DNA of 25,378 nucleotides from an uncultured Deinococcales bacterium (GCA_964247135.1 CAXTTL010000045.1:1-25378); one strand, 5' to 3'. Positions 8,454 through 19,488 are shown, numbered from the stretch's first letter. Numbers and translations are program-made. The notes: a model not told the origin generated them from the letters alone.

Positions 8454-9335
8454 CTATTGAAACTTGCGCTCGAGGTATTCAAGCACCACAGGGTCAAGTT
8501 TCCCAGCTTCCACCATGCGTTCCTCGAGATTTTCCACACCCGCAATTGTCAGCAGTGCTTGCTGTGATTCCTCGCGCCACTGACCATCAGGCTCGGTTTT
8601 CAAATATCCTGCTTTGAACAACACCCGCTCGAGCCGCAAGGCAATTTCACCCTCGAGCGGAATCAGATTCTCGAGATGTGGGCGTTTAAACAATAACCTG
8701 TGAATCGACAGCAGACGCTGCAATTCGGGTATCGGGTCGCCGTGATCGTCCACGCGCAAGTCGATCATGCGGTCATTGAAACCTGCGTAACCGCCTTTGA
8801 CTCGAGCCACGTAAAGGGCTGCCGATTGTCGTCCTCGAGCGTCACCGCCAGCCCGGTCTGCGGCAAGCAAAGCGGCGAGAAGGCGTTCAGGAAATTGCAA
8901 ACTCGGGTTTTGCTCGAAGGTTTCAGCCAGCGCATCGACCACCTGCGCACCTGTCAGCAAATTGCCTTGCGCCGCGTAACCCGCGCCCGTGCGACCTCCA
9001 GCCCAGGCGTGACACTCCGAACCCGTGAACGTAAAACCCTCATTGCTCGAGTTGACCAGCCCGTACTGACGTTGCTGGTATTCGGCATCGTTCGCCTCAA
9101 ATTCTGCAGCGATGTCTTCCAAACTCCAACCCGCGCCCATCAATTCCAAAGCCCGAGGTCCAAAGCTGGTGTTGGCATAGGACTGGGTTGCGACTGCACC
9201 CAGACCGCCCATCACCCACGGCACAACCGCGCCGACCGCCAAGAATTTGCTGGCGACCGCCACGCCCAAATCGCCAGTGCTGGCGTCCCTGGCGACTATC
9301 GAAAACGTGCTGACCCTGCGAATGCTCGAGTTCAT
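8454..9335 (-). CDS. DUF1028 (Ntn-hydrolase-like) protein with C-terminal putative peptidoglycan-binding domain
   Basis: TFSIVARD, GVAVASKFLAVGAVVP, AQGNLL, GGDARGRQSAA and DLRVDDH motifs. Start re-called at ATG 9335 (TAAAAT box 5 nt upstream). Confidence 0.9.
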   Translation of the reverse strand: MNSSIRRVSTFSIVARDASTGDLGVAVASKFLAVGAVVPWVMGGLGAVATQSYANTSFGPRALELMGAGWSLEDIAAEFEANDAEYQQRQYGLVNSSNEGFTFTGSECHAWAGGRTGAGYAAQGNLLTGAQVVDALAETFEQNPSLQFPERLLAALLAADRAGGDARGRQSAALYVARVKGGYAGFNDRMIDLRVDDHGDPIPELQRLLSIHRLLFKRPHLENLIPLEGEIALRLERVLFKAGYLKTEPDGQWREESQQALLTIAGVENLEERMVEAGKLDPVVLEYLERKFQ

Positions 9336-9373
9336 GCTGTATTTTACGCCCAAAGTTGTGCTAAAACTCTTTT

Positions 9374-9649
9374 ATGATTACCGCTTTTGTTCTGGTTCGT
9401 GCCAAACGAGATGTCATTCCCGAAACCGCCGAGGCGCTCGCCGCCATGAAACACGTCGCCGAATGTTACAGCGTGACCGGCGACTGGGACATCGTGGTGA
9501 TCTTGCGTTTCCCGCAATTCGAGGATTTGGACGATATTGTGACGGGTCAACTGCGCAAGATTCCTGGCATCGAACGCACCAGCACGATGCTGGGTTTTAA
9601 AGCCTACTCGAGTGCCTTGCTCGATTCTGCGTTTAACATCGGCGGATGA
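9374..9649 (+). CDS. Lrp/AsnC ligand-binding domain protein (no HTH)
   Basis: MITAFVLV, YSVTGDWDIV and GIERTSTM motifs. 91 aa. Confidence 0.9.
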   Translation: MITAFVLVRAKRDVIPETAEALAAMKHVAECYSVTGDWDIVVILRFPQFEDLDDIVTGQLRKIPGIERTSTMLGFKAYSSALLDSAFNIGG

Positions 9650-10200
9650 ACGATACACTTGCCGCCCTTTTGAAACCTCGGGTGCCGCTGCCCGCCGCGC
9701 CGCGAAATTTTCAGAGCCTCGAGGGGTATTCCAACATCAAACGCTTCTGGGATTGGCTCGAGGCGTTTCACAACCAGGGTCTAATTGTGCGCGTGCCGAC
9801 CCGAGTGCCGATAGAACACTGCCGCCGCACCGTGGTCGGGATTGAGCGCTTCAACGCGGGCGGACTGGTCGATGACCTCGCCATCCTGAACGCTTTGCTG
9901 GACGACGACCACATGACGCTCGAGATTTTCAATTTGGTTCCCGAAGCCGCCGACGCCATGCAGTCCTTGCTCGAGGGTGACAAGCAACCGCTCGTCAGCA
10001 TTCTCTCGAGCGCCTACAAACTGGTTTTTGACGTGCAAGTTGCCTTCACTTCCCGCCGCGAACTTCGTATCAAAGCCGACACGCGATTTGTGGCGCTCGA
10101 GGAAGATGTTTTTCCGCTCAATTGGGATTTGAAAGCCGTGCGGTTGCGGCGCGACGATTGGCGGATGTTGCTTGACCGTGCGGCGATGGGTTTGAAATAA
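9646..10200 (+). CDS. Hypothetical protein
   Basis: 184-aa ORF with an ATGA overlap to the Lrp-domain gene. No family recognised. Confidence 0.75.
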   Translation: MNDTLAALLKPRVPLPAAPRNFQSLEGYSNIKRFWDWLEAFHNQGLIVRVPTRVPIEHCRRTVVGIERFNAGGLVDDLAILNALLDDDHMTLEIFNLVPEAADAMQSLLEGDKQPLVSILSSAYKLVFDVQVAFTSRRELRIKADTRFVALEEDVFPLNWDLKAVRLRRDDWRMLLDRAAMGLK

Positions 10201-10354
10201 ACTTTTGAGGCTCGAGTTAAAACCACGATCAAAACAATCGGTTTCAGCCTTGATTCAGTTTGGGCTTTCGCCAAATTTAGTTTCGTTGTGCATAGTTTTC
10301 CTTGCCGAGCAAAACAATTGAAGCAAAATTGTGACGCTCAGAAAGGAAGTTTTT

Positions 10355-10618
10355 ATGACCGCTAAAAATGAAAAGGACACCAAGAAGACTGGCGCGAGCA
10401 CCTCGAACAAAGCTGGTGTTGGGACTGGCAGCACTGGTAAAACGGGTAAAACCACTAAAACCAGCAAAAGCCAAAATTCATCTTCACGCGACACGACTCC
10501 CAAAGGCGACAGCAGCTCGAGGGGTGAACATGGCGACGACGCGATGCGTCCAATGGATCGCTCCGATACCGAGAGCCAAAACTCGAGCACCGAGGGACGG
10601 GACAGCCGCAACGGGTGA
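10355..10618 (+). CDS. Small hydrophilic low-complexity protein
   Basis: AAGGAAG RBS before ATG 10355. T/K/S/G/D/R-rich with almost no hydrophobic residues. Confidence 0.6.
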   Translation: MTAKNEKDTKKTGASTSNKAGVGTGSTGKTGKTTKTSKSQNSSSRDTTPKGDSSSRGEHGDDAMRPMDRSDTESQNSSTEGRDSRNG

Positions 10619-10667
10619 CCTGGGCTGATTGTGCAAGTTCTTTGACAAGCCTTTCCAACAATCCCAA

Positions 10668-10695
10668 GAACGCTTGACACGAATGTCAAGCGTTC
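10668..10695. promoter_or_regulatory. Perfect 12-bp inverted repeat (operator or RNA hairpin)
   Basis: GAACGCTTGACA-CGAA-TGTCAAGCGTTC, ending 18 nt before ATG 10714. Confidence 0.5.
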
Positions 10696-10713
10696 AATTG
10701 CGAGGTTTTTGAT

Positions 10714-10938
10714 ATGGCACAGGGCAGCAAAAGCGCTTATACGGACAAACAAAAACGCCAAGCCGAGCACATCGAAAAAAGCGAAATCGAACGTGGCGTT
10801 CCCGAGGCTCGAGCGGAACAAATTGCCTGGGCAACAGTCAACAAGCAAGACGGCGGCGGCAACAAATCTGGTTCTGGTAAAAGCGAAGCCGCCAAAAGGG
10901 GCTGGGCAACGCGCCGCAATCGGATGGCGTCCAAGTAA
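10714..10938 (+). CDS. Small basic conserved protein of the YTDKQKRQAEHIE...AWATVNK family (often auto-labelled plasmid stabilization protein)
   Basis: Recognisable family motif. GAGG RBS. Confidence 0.85.
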   Translation: MAQGSKSAYTDKQKRQAEHIEKSEIERGVPEARAEQIAWATVNKQDGGGNKSGSGKSEAAKRGWATRRNRMASK

Positions 10939-10967
10939 AGGTAATTGCGATTTAAGGAGCTGGATTT

Positions 10968-12452
10968 ATGATGCCACAAGAGACGCTCGCCATTTGGTTC
11001 GGCAATCACCACGCCAGCCATCCGGCTTTGGATCACGACCTCAACATTGAGGTGGCGGTGGTTGGTGGCGGCATCATGGGGCTGACCACCGCCCTCGAGT
11101 TGGCACAAGCCGGCAAGAAGGTGGCGCTGTTTGAACGGCGTTCTCTCGGCTCGAGCGAAACGGGTCACACCACCGCCCACGTGACCGCACGCCCCGAAAC
11201 CCCGATGGCAGATTTGATCAAACAGGTTGGCACGGGCGGCGTGACCGAAATTTGGCAAGCCATGAATTCGGGATTGCAGTACATTTCAAAACGCGCCACC
11301 GAATTTCAAATCTCGAGCGCTCGGGTTGATGCCTGGCAAATGGGCAGACGGGGCGCGCTCGAAGCCGAACTCGAGGTGCTGCAAATGCTGGGCGCGAGCG
11401 CGAAAATCGCCAAGCCGCCCGCACCATTGATGGGCAGGCAGGCTTTGTGCCTGTTTGATCAAATGCGCTTTGATGTGGCGCAGTACCTGCGCGGCTTGAC
11501 CGAATGCGCCGAAAAACTGGGCGTGCTGATCTTTGAAAACAGCACGGTCGCCGAAGGCGATGACAATCAACTCGAGGTGCACACCGAGCATGGAATTTGG
11601 AAGGTGAACGCCTCAAAAACGATTCTGGCGACGGGGGCGCCGATGTTCGCCTCGCCAATCTTGCTCGACCGCATTCGAGCCGATCAAAGTTACGCCATCG
11701 CGGTGGCGGTCGCGGTGGGGGCAGCGCCCGATATTCTGGCGGAGGACGACGAAAATCCTTACCATTACTACAGGCTCGAGCCGGGTGTCGCCCGAGGTCA
11801 TGCCCAGGAAGACATCGTGATTTTTGGCGGCGAGGACCACAAAACTGGTCGTGAAGCGACCCCCGACCGCTTTGAATCGCTCGAGCAAACCTTAAAACAA
11901 TGGCTGCCGAATATCGATTGCCGTGTGATGCGCCGTTGGAGCGGTGAAATTTGGACCAGCAGCGATGGTTTGCCAATGATCGGCGAGGACCACAAGGGGC
12001 GCTTTTTTGGCACGGCTTTCGCTGGCGTCGGCATGACCCAAGGTACGCTTGCCGCCCTGATGGCGGTCGATTGGGTGTTTGACCGAACATCAGCTTGGAG
12101 TGATGTTTTTTCGCCCTCGAGATTCTCTCCTTCGGAGCTTCCAGGTATCGTCCAGCAAGGCATTGGTTTTGTGACTCAAATCGTCAAAACGGTACTGCCG
12201 CACAAACTGCCGCCAGAATCATTGACCGCCGGAGAGGGCGCGTTGGTTTCAATCGACGGACAAGTCAGCGCCGCCTACCGCGACCTGTCGGGAGCACTGC
12301 ATCTGTTTGATCCCAAATGCACCCATGCGGGCTGCGAAGTCCACTGGAACCAAGCCGATAGCACCTGGGACTGCGGCTGTCACGGCTCGAGGTTCACCGC
12401 CGACGGGGCGGTACGGTCTGGTGTGGCGCCCAAAGGTTTGACGCCGCGCTAG
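10968..12452 (+). CDS. FAD-dependent oxidoreductase with C-terminal Rieske [2Fe-2S] domain (YhfW-like)
   Basis: VVGGGIMG Rossmann motif, TGHTTAHVT, and Rieske boxes CTHAGC and WDCGCHGSRF. Confidence 0.92.
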   Translation: MMPQETLAIWFGNHHASHPALDHDLNIEVAVVGGGIMGLTTALELAQAGKKVALFERRSLGSSETGHTTAHVTARPETPMADLIKQVGTGGVTEIWQAMNSGLQYISKRATEFQISSARVDAWQMGRRGALEAELEVLQMLGASAKIAKPPAPLMGRQALCLFDQMRFDVAQYLRGLTECAEKLGVLIFENSTVAEGDDNQLEVHTEHGIWKVNASKTILATGAPMFASPILLDRIRADQSYAIAVAVAVGAAPDILAEDDENPYHYYRLEPGVARGHAQEDIVIFGGEDHKTGREATPDRFESLEQTLKQWLPNIDCRVMRRWSGEIWTSSDGLPMIGEDHKGRFFGTAFAGVGMTQGTLAALMAVDWVFDRTSAWSDVFSPSRFSPSELPGIVQQGIGFVTQIVKTVLPHKLPPESLTAGEGALVSIDGQVSAAYRDLSGALHLFDPKCTHAGCEVHWNQADSTWDCGCHGSRFTADGAVRSGVAPKGLTPR

Positions 12453-12462
12453 ACTGTGCTCA

Positions 12463-13086
12463 ATGCTCGATTTCCTGGTCCAAACTTTTCTGACGCTGTT
12501 CGTGGTGATGGACCCCATCGCGCTCGTCCCCACCTTCCTGGGCATGGCGGGCAACCGTCCTCGAGCCGAACAACTGCGCTTGGCGCGAAAAGCCGTGATC
12601 GTGGCGGGCAGTGTGATGCTGTTTTTTGCGCTGTTCGGTCAAGCCTTCTTGCGTTACCTCGGCATCAACCTTGCCGCTTTTCGCGCCAGTGGAGGGGTGC
12701 TGCTTTTTCTTATGGCGCTCGACATGATTTTTGCTCGAGCCAGCGGCGCCAGGGAAACCAGCGAAGAAGAACTTGAAGCCAAAGCCAGAGAGGACATCAG
12801 CGTTTTTCCACTCGGCATTCCACTCATTGCGGGTCCTGGCACACTCTCGAGCATCATGATTTTGATTGGCAAATCCACCAGTTTGATGGGCGACATCGGC
12901 GTGATTCTGGTCGCGTTTTTTGTGCTCGGGATTTGCTATTTCGCCCTGCGCAGCGGCACTCGAGTCATCAACCTGATTGGGAAAACCGGTGTCAATGTGA
13001 TCTCTCGGGTTTTGGGGGTGTTGTTGGCGGCGCTTGCGGTGCAGTACATTGCCGATGGCGCACGGAGTTTGTTGCAGTTGCGCTGA
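12463..13086 (+). CDS. MarC family membrane protein
   Basis: LFVVMDP, FPLGIPLIAGPG and SRVLGVLLAALAVQ motifs. Confidence 0.93.
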   Translation: MLDFLVQTFLTLFVVMDPIALVPTFLGMAGNRPRAEQLRLARKAVIVAGSVMLFFALFGQAFLRYLGINLAAFRASGGVLLFLMALDMIFARASGARETSEEELEAKAREDISVFPLGIPLIAGPGTLSSIMILIGKSTSLMGDIGVILVAFFVLGICYFALRSGTRVINLIGKTGVNVISRVLGVLLAALAVQYIADGARSLLQLR

Positions 13087-13105
13087 AAGTTTATTTCGAT
13101 TAAAT

Positions 13106-13142
13106 AAATTCCCACCCTCGAGTCTCGAGCATGGGAATTTTT
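13106..13142. terminator. Probable bidirectional terminator containing two CTCGAG
   Basis: AAATTCCCA-CC-CTCGAG-T-CTCGAG-CA-TGGGAATTT(TT), between convergent MarC and DAK2 genes. Confidence 0.7.
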
Positions 13143-13162
13143 ACCAATTGCTATTAGTTTTC

Positions 13163-14765
<1,603 letters not shown>

Positions 14766-14773
<8 letters not shown>

Positions 14774-15146
14774 CTCGAGTCCTCCTCAAGCCAGGTTTGC
14801 TAGGCTTGCCCGCTGTCGGTTTTGCCACGCCGACCACGTGGACACTCACACCCTCGAGATGAACGCCCGCCAGGGTTTTGGCGGTATACACAATTCGCTC
14901 GCGGACGTTTTCGGCGACCGTGGAAATATTGGTGCCGAACGCCACGACAATATGCACATCGACGGTTCGCGCCGTCGGTTCGCCAGCCACCAGCACGCCA
15001 TCGCTCGCTTGGGCACGTCCAAGAATTTTCTGCAAGCCCTCTTTGAGGTTGCTTGGCGCCATGCCCACCACGCCAGGGACTTCATGCGCGGCAAGCCCCA
15101 GCAACGAGGCGAGCGCGTTTTCGGTCACGGTCAAAGTACCTTTCAT
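14766..15146 (-). CDS. Asp23/Gls24 family protein (YloU-like)
   Basis: Start re-called at ATG 15146 (GGAGG RBS). AAHEVPGVVGM and VHVVGV motifs. Canonical partner upstream of DAK2. Confidence 0.9.
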
Positions 15147-15237
15147 AATTCCTCCAGCATACTCGAGGTTTGATGCCCGAGAAACCCGTGTTTTCTGAGT
15201 GGGATAAGTATACGTGCTCGAGCTTTGAAAATGCAGC

Positions 15238-15266
15238 AAAAAACTCGAGTGTTGAACTCGAGTTTT
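15238..15266 (-). terminator. Intrinsic terminator of the MFS gene with CTCGAG stem
   Basis: AAAACTCGAGT-GTTGA-ACTCGAGTTTT, 11-bp inverted repeat with T-runs on both strands. Confidence 0.7.
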
Positions 15267-15279
15267 GACGGTTGGACAA

Positions 15280-16548
15280 TCAATGTGCGGTTGAAGCTGG
15301 TTCGCTGCCGAGGGGATTGTTATCTTGAGGGTTGATCTTGCCAAACGCCCGCACGGCGAGCAACAAACCGATGAAGGTAAAAATCGCGCCCGCGAAAAAA
15401 CTTGCGCCAGGCAGTTGAATCGGGGCATTTTTGGAGATGAAAAAGCCAAATAAATTCGTGGCGATCAGCGGTCCAAAAATCGAGGTTAAACCTTGTAAAC
15501 TGGTCAAAGCCCCCTGCACCGCGCCTTGTTCGCGTGCCGAGACGCTTCTCGAGATCAAACCTTGAGCGGCTGGACCACCGATGGCGCCGATGCCCGCAAC
15601 AAACAAAACCACGTACAACATCCAACCTTCGGGCGCAAGTCCGTACAAAACATTGGCGATGGCGCTGATCGTAAAACCAAAAATGACGGCGCGTTTCTCA
15701 CCGAGTTTGGGCAAGATCACCCGCAACAAGCCGCCCTGGACAATTGCCACCGACAGACCGAGTGCGCCCAGCGACCAGCCGACATCTCGAGGTCCCCAGT
15801 TGTAACGGTGTTCGGTGTAGAGCGCCCAAATGCTCTGCAAGCCGTTTTGCGCCAAGCCTGCAAGGACAATCGTGGCGGTCAGGCTTAGGACTACGGGGTA
15901 CTTGCCGAGCGCCATGAGCGAGCCAATCGGGTTTGCCCGCGCCCAGGAAAACGGACGGCGATTCTCGAGGCTTAAAGACTCAGGCAGCACGAACAGACCG
16001 TATAAGAAATTGATGGCGGTGATGCCTGCGACCACGTAAAACGGCAGGCGAATGTTGATCGCGCCAAGAATGCCGCCAATCGCGGGTCCAAAAATAAAGC
16101 CAACGCCGAAAGCCGCGCCGATCAGACCAAAATTCTGGGCGCGTTTTTCGGGTGGGCTGATGTCGGCAATGTAGGCGCTGACCGTGGCAATGTTGGCGCT
16201 GGTCAAGCCCGCAATGATTCGCCCCAGAAACAACCACCATAAACTTGGCGCAAATGCCAGCAGCAAATAATCCAGTGCCGATCCAAATAGGGAAATCAAT
16301 ATGACCGGACGACGCCCGTAACGGTCAGATAAGCTGCCCAGCACAGACGAGAACAAGAATTGCATGATCGCGTAAATGGCGCTGAACCAACCCACGTACT
16401 GCGCGGCTTGCGTTGAAATGCTGATGGCATCGCCGCTCAAAAAACTTTTAATAAGGCTTGGACCAATCGGGGCGATTAAACCAATGCCCAAAATGTCCAA
16501 AAAGAGCGTGACGAAAATAAATCCCAGTGCCGGTTGACGTTTTTGCAT
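15280..16548 (-). CDS. TCR/Tet-family MFS transporter (DHA1)
   Basis: [12 protein letters not shown] motif A, AYIADI and [10 protein letters not shown] motif C, multiple hydrophobic segments. Confidence 0.93.
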   Translation of the reverse strand: MQKRQPALGFIFVTLFLDILGIGLIAPIGPSLIKSFLSGDAISISTQAAQYVGWFSAIYAIMQFLFSSVLGSLSDRYGRRPVILISLFGSALDYLLLAFAPSLWWLFLGRIIAGLTSANIATVSAYIADISPPEKRAQNFGLIGAAFGVGFIFGPAIGGILGAINIRLPFYVVAGITAINFLYGLFVLPESLSLENRRPFSWARANPIGSLMALGKYPVVLSLTATIVLAGLAQNGLQSIWALYTEHRYNWGPRDVGWSLGALGLSVAIVQGGLLRVILPKLGEKRAVIFGFTISAIANVLYGLAPEGWMLYVVLFVAGIGAIGGPAAQGLISRSVSAREQGAVQGALTSLQGLTSIFGPLIATNLFGFFISKNAPIQLPGASFFAGAIFTFIGLLLAVRAFGKINPQDNNPLGSEPASTAH

Positions 16549-16570
16549 GAATACCTTTCAATGGCGCGGC

Positions 16571-17071
16571 TTAGTGTTTCTCGAGCACACCCATCAGCCA
16601 ATTGCGGTCAGCCCTTAACAGCACCATTTGTCGCTCGAGTGCGAAATTGACCGCACTTTTGTGGGTTGGGATGTTCTCGAGGTTGGCAATGTAAATGTTT
16701 AGTTTCTCGAGTCTGGTGTTGAGGCAGGCGATTCGCTCAGAAGGCTCGAGTTCGGTCATGAACATGAGCGCCGTGCTTTCTGGACTCGAGATCGGTTCGG
16801 CGTGGCTGAGTTCGGTGCGCAACAGCTCGAGAAATTCTGTTTCGCCGCTTTGGGTGATGGCATAAACTTTGCGCGGTGGTCGGTTGCCCTCCCGCTCCAG
16901 CTTGACCGCCACCAAACCCGATTCGTGCAACCGCTCGAGCAGCGCGTAAGCCGTGGCTTTTTTCAGGTTGGTGACCCGAGCCAGATTTTTTTCGATAAAG
17001 TCGTTCAATTGATAGCCGTGTTGGGCTTGGTTTTTCAGTAAACCCAGCAACAACAACGCGTGATGATCCAT
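16571..17071 (-). CDS. PadR family transcriptional regulator
   Basis: Start re-called at ATG 17071 (GGAGG RBS). LLGLL....HGYQL, Y..L.RL and RKVYAIT..G motifs. Confidence 0.9.
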   Translation of the reverse strand: MDHHALLLLGLLKNQAQHGYQLNDFIEKNLARVTNLKKATAYALLERLHESGLVAVKLEREGNRPPRKVYAITQSGETEFLELLRTELSHAEPISSPESTALMFMTELEPSERIACLNTRLEKLNIYIANLENIPTHKSAVNFALERQMVLLRADRNWLMGVLEKH

Positions 17072-17089
17072 GTTGCCTTCCCTCCAGGC

Positions 17090-17122
17090 ATAGTCAACCA
17101 CAGAATAGTCAAGTCTGACCAT
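17090..17122. promoter_or_regulatory. Candidate PadR operator
   Basis: ATAGTCAA occurs twice (17090, 17105). The second copy forms an imperfect palindrome ATAGTCAA-GT-CTGACCAT, just upstream of padR. Confidence 0.4.
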
Positions 17123-17205
17123 GCCCGTTGCTACACTTTCGTGAGTCATGATTCTCTGAAACGAGCCGTCAATACATCCAAGGCTGGCGTGTTAACCTAA
17201 ACCCA

Positions 17206-17619
17206 ATGAGCAACAATCCCAAAGGCGACCTGATCGAATACTGCAAGCGCAACGGACTCGAGGTTCCAGTCTTTGAAACGGGCGCGACCGGACCCGAGCA
17301 CCAACCCACCTTCGAGAGTTCGGTGCTGATCTCGGGCACGGTCTGGGCGACCAGCACTGGGCGCACCAAACGCGAAGCCGAAAAAGCCGCCGCCCAACAA
17401 ACGCTCGAAAACCTCGAGCACAACGAGCCAGGGGCGCACAACCTCGACCTCGAGCCGAACCCCTGGCCCATCTTTCCAGAGGTGCTGGCGCAGTGCTTGA
17501 ACGTGGCAAACGCCCGTGTCGAAATCTCCAAACGCGGTCAAGCCGCGACGCTCGAGGTTCGGGATTTGGCGCTCGAGTTGTACAAGGGTTTGCTGACCGA
17601 TTTGGGTGAAGTGGTTTAG
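17206..17619 (+). CDS. Stand-alone double-stranded RNA-binding motif (DSRM) protein with C-terminal extension
   Basis: NPKGDLIEY...GPEHQPTF...G.TKREAEKAAA is a dsRBD consensus. No RNase III catalytic domain. Confidence 0.85.
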   Translation: MSNNPKGDLIEYCKRNGLEVPVFETGATGPEHQPTFESSVLISGTVWATSTGRTKREAEKAAAQQTLENLEHNEPGAHNLDLEPNPWPIFPEVLAQCLNVANARVEISKRGQAATLEVRDLALELYKGLLTDLGEVV

Positions 17620-17678
17620 GTTCACATTGTGATGCAGATTCATCGTTTGCTGATATTTACACGCTAAACTTTAAATTC

Positions 17679-18080
17679 ATGGTCGCTTTGAAGAAAACCA
17701 CTTCCTTCACCGCCTCGAGATTCTTATTGATTCTTGGCTTGGGCGTGACATTTTTTGCGGTATATGTGCAGGTTCGGGTTTCGGCGCAAAAGATCATCCC
17801 AACCTATTACACGGACGTTCAACCGATCCTCGAGAAAAACTGTGTCTCGTGCCATGTCAAAGGCGGCATTGCGCCGTTTGTCCTCGATAACCCAAAAGAG
17901 GCTGTGGCTCGAGCCGAGCGCATCGCGCAAGTCACGCAGTCTGGTTACATGCCGCCGTACCCTCCTGGGCAAGATTCGCAACCGTTTTTGAACGAACGCC
18001 GATTGGGTGTTGCATCCAAACAAATTCTTTTCGACTGGGCAAAAGCGGGCGCTCCGCTTGGTACGGCACCGAAAAAATAA
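17679..18080 (+). CDS. Exported/membrane-anchored c-type cytochrome
   Basis: N-terminal hydrophobic segment, CVSCH heme motif, GGIAPF, MPPY (possible Met ligand) and W...GAP. Confidence 0.85.
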   Translation: MVALKKTTSFTASRFLLILGLGVTFFAVYVQVRVSAQKIIPTYYTDVQPILEKNCVSCHVKGGIAPFVLDNPKEAVARAERIAQVTQSGYMPPYPPGQDSQPFLNERRLGVASKQILFDWAKAGAPLGTAPKK

Positions 18081-18105
18081 AATGCCAAAAAGTAAAGGGA
18101 GAGCC

Positions 18106-19344
18106 ATGAAAAAAATTCCGACCCGAGCGATGGCGGCAATGCTGGTGGCAGGATTTGGAGCGCTCAGTTTGGGCTTTGCGACCTTTGGCGGTCTGCCCCC
18201 AGAGGCAAGTTTGCATAATTTTGACCTGGCTGGCAGCAACCACATGCACCGCGTCAACCAGAACATTTCTGACGTTGCCTGGAGTTTAAATCCGCCAACC
18301 TCGAGCAAGTTAGCCACTGCCAAACCCGACGCGATTCTGACCCCAGAAAGCGCTTATACCCCAGACTCGAGCAGCAACGACGATTACCACTGCTTTTTGC
18401 TCGATCCAAAACTGACCCGCGATACCTTTGTGACCGCCACCAACGTCAAACCAGACCAAGCCAGCATTGTGCATCACGTGATTTTATTTAAAATCGGACC
18501 CGAAAATGCTGCCGAGGCTCGAGCCAAAAACCAAGCCTCCGGCGGTAAAGGTTGGACGTGTTTTGGCGGTTCGGACGTTGGCGATATTCGCACCACCGCC
18601 AACAGTTGGTTGGCGGCGTGGGCGCCAGGCTCGAGCGCCCAGACGATGCCAGAAGGCATCGGCGCACTGCTCACAAAAGGCTCATTGATCGTGATGCAAG
18701 TGCATTACAACCTCACCACTGGCGTCAAACCAGACCGCACCAGCGCCGAATTGACCTATGCGCCCGAGGGAACCCAACTGACCCCAATTCAGACGATACT
18801 CGGCTATGCGCCAGTCGAAATTCCTTGCCCCGACGGTCTGAACAGCCCGCAGTGCGACCGTCAGACGGTCTTGAACGAAAACGTTCAAAAATACGGGCAG
18901 AGGGTTGCTTACATCCCGTTAGGCTTGCTGTACGTCTGCAAGAAAAAACTCGAGGATTACCCCAAATCGGTCGGCGATGCCAGCGAGATCAAAACCTCTT
19001 GCGACCGCGAAGTCAAAAAAGCCAGCACCCTCTACGCCGTGGCTGGACACATGCACCTGCGCGGGCAAGACATCAAACTCGAGTTAAACCCTGGCACGGG
19101 TCGCGCCAAAACCTTGTTGCACATTCTCAAATGGGACTTTCACTGGCAGGGCAATTATTGGTTTAAAACCCCGCTCGAGATTGAACCTGGCGATGTCTTG
19201 CGGCTTTCGTGCACGTATGACAACAGCGTGGCGGGTCAACCCGTGTTGAACGGTGTACAAGCCAGCCCGCATTACATCACTTGGGCGGAAGGCACAACCG
19301 ACGAGATGTGCCTGAGCATTCTGACCTCGGCGCCGAAAAAATAA
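18106..19344 (+). CDS. Secreted copper type II ascorbate-dependent monooxygenase-like protein (PHM/DBH family)
   Basis: Start re-called at ATG 18106 (AGGGAG RBS, signal peptide). CuH ligands VHHVI and QVHY, CuM ligands HMH and EMC, plus WDFHWQ. Confidence 0.88.
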   Translation: MKKIPTRAMAAMLVAGFGALSLGFATFGGLPPEASLHNFDLAGSNHMHRVNQNISDVAWSLNPPTSSKLATAKPDAILTPESAYTPDSSSNDDYHCFLLDPKLTRDTFVTATNVKPDQASIVHHVILFKIGPENAAEARAKNQASGGKGWTCFGGSDVGDIRTTANSWLAAWAPGSSAQTMPEGIGALLTKGSLIVMQVHYNLTTGVKPDRTSAELTYAPEGTQLTPIQTILGYAPVEIPCPDGLNSPQCDRQTVLNENVQKYGQRVAYIPLGLLYVCKKKLEDYPKSVGDASEIKTSCDREVKKASTLYAVAGHMHLRGQDIKLELNPGTGRAKTLLHILKWDFHWQGNYWFKTPLEIEPGDVLRLSCTYDNSVAGQPVLNGVQASPHYITWAEGTTDEMCLSILTSAPKK

Positions 19345-19356
19345 TTGCTCTGTCTG

Positions 19357-19423
19357 CTCTCATCCCCGAGCCTTCTTGGAATCAAGAAGGTGCTGCTGTA
19401 AGGGGCAAGAAGTCGGGTGAGAG
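19357..19423. repeat. Nested palindromic REP-like element related to 664-742
   Basis: CTCTCATCCCCGA...TCGGGTGAGAG outer arms, CCTTCTTG-GAAT-CAAGAAGG inner hairpin, and AGGTGCTGCTGTAAGGGGCAAGA core. Confidence 0.55.
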
Positions 19424-19488
19424 TTTTGCTTCTAAGGTAGACTCCTGGGGTTGCTCGAGGGAGTCTCGAGTCTTTTGGAGGTCAGATC

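Noticed and set aside
11218-12090. Long antisense ORFs (also 8700-9377, 13586-14236, 23661-24278)
   Set aside because: They are shadows of well-supported genes on the opposite strand and have no recognisable motifs.
15280-16548. Calling the MFS a tetracycline resistance gene (tetA)
   Set aside because: Only family-level motifs are visible, the neighbouring regulator is PadR rather than TetR, and the substrate cannot be inferred.
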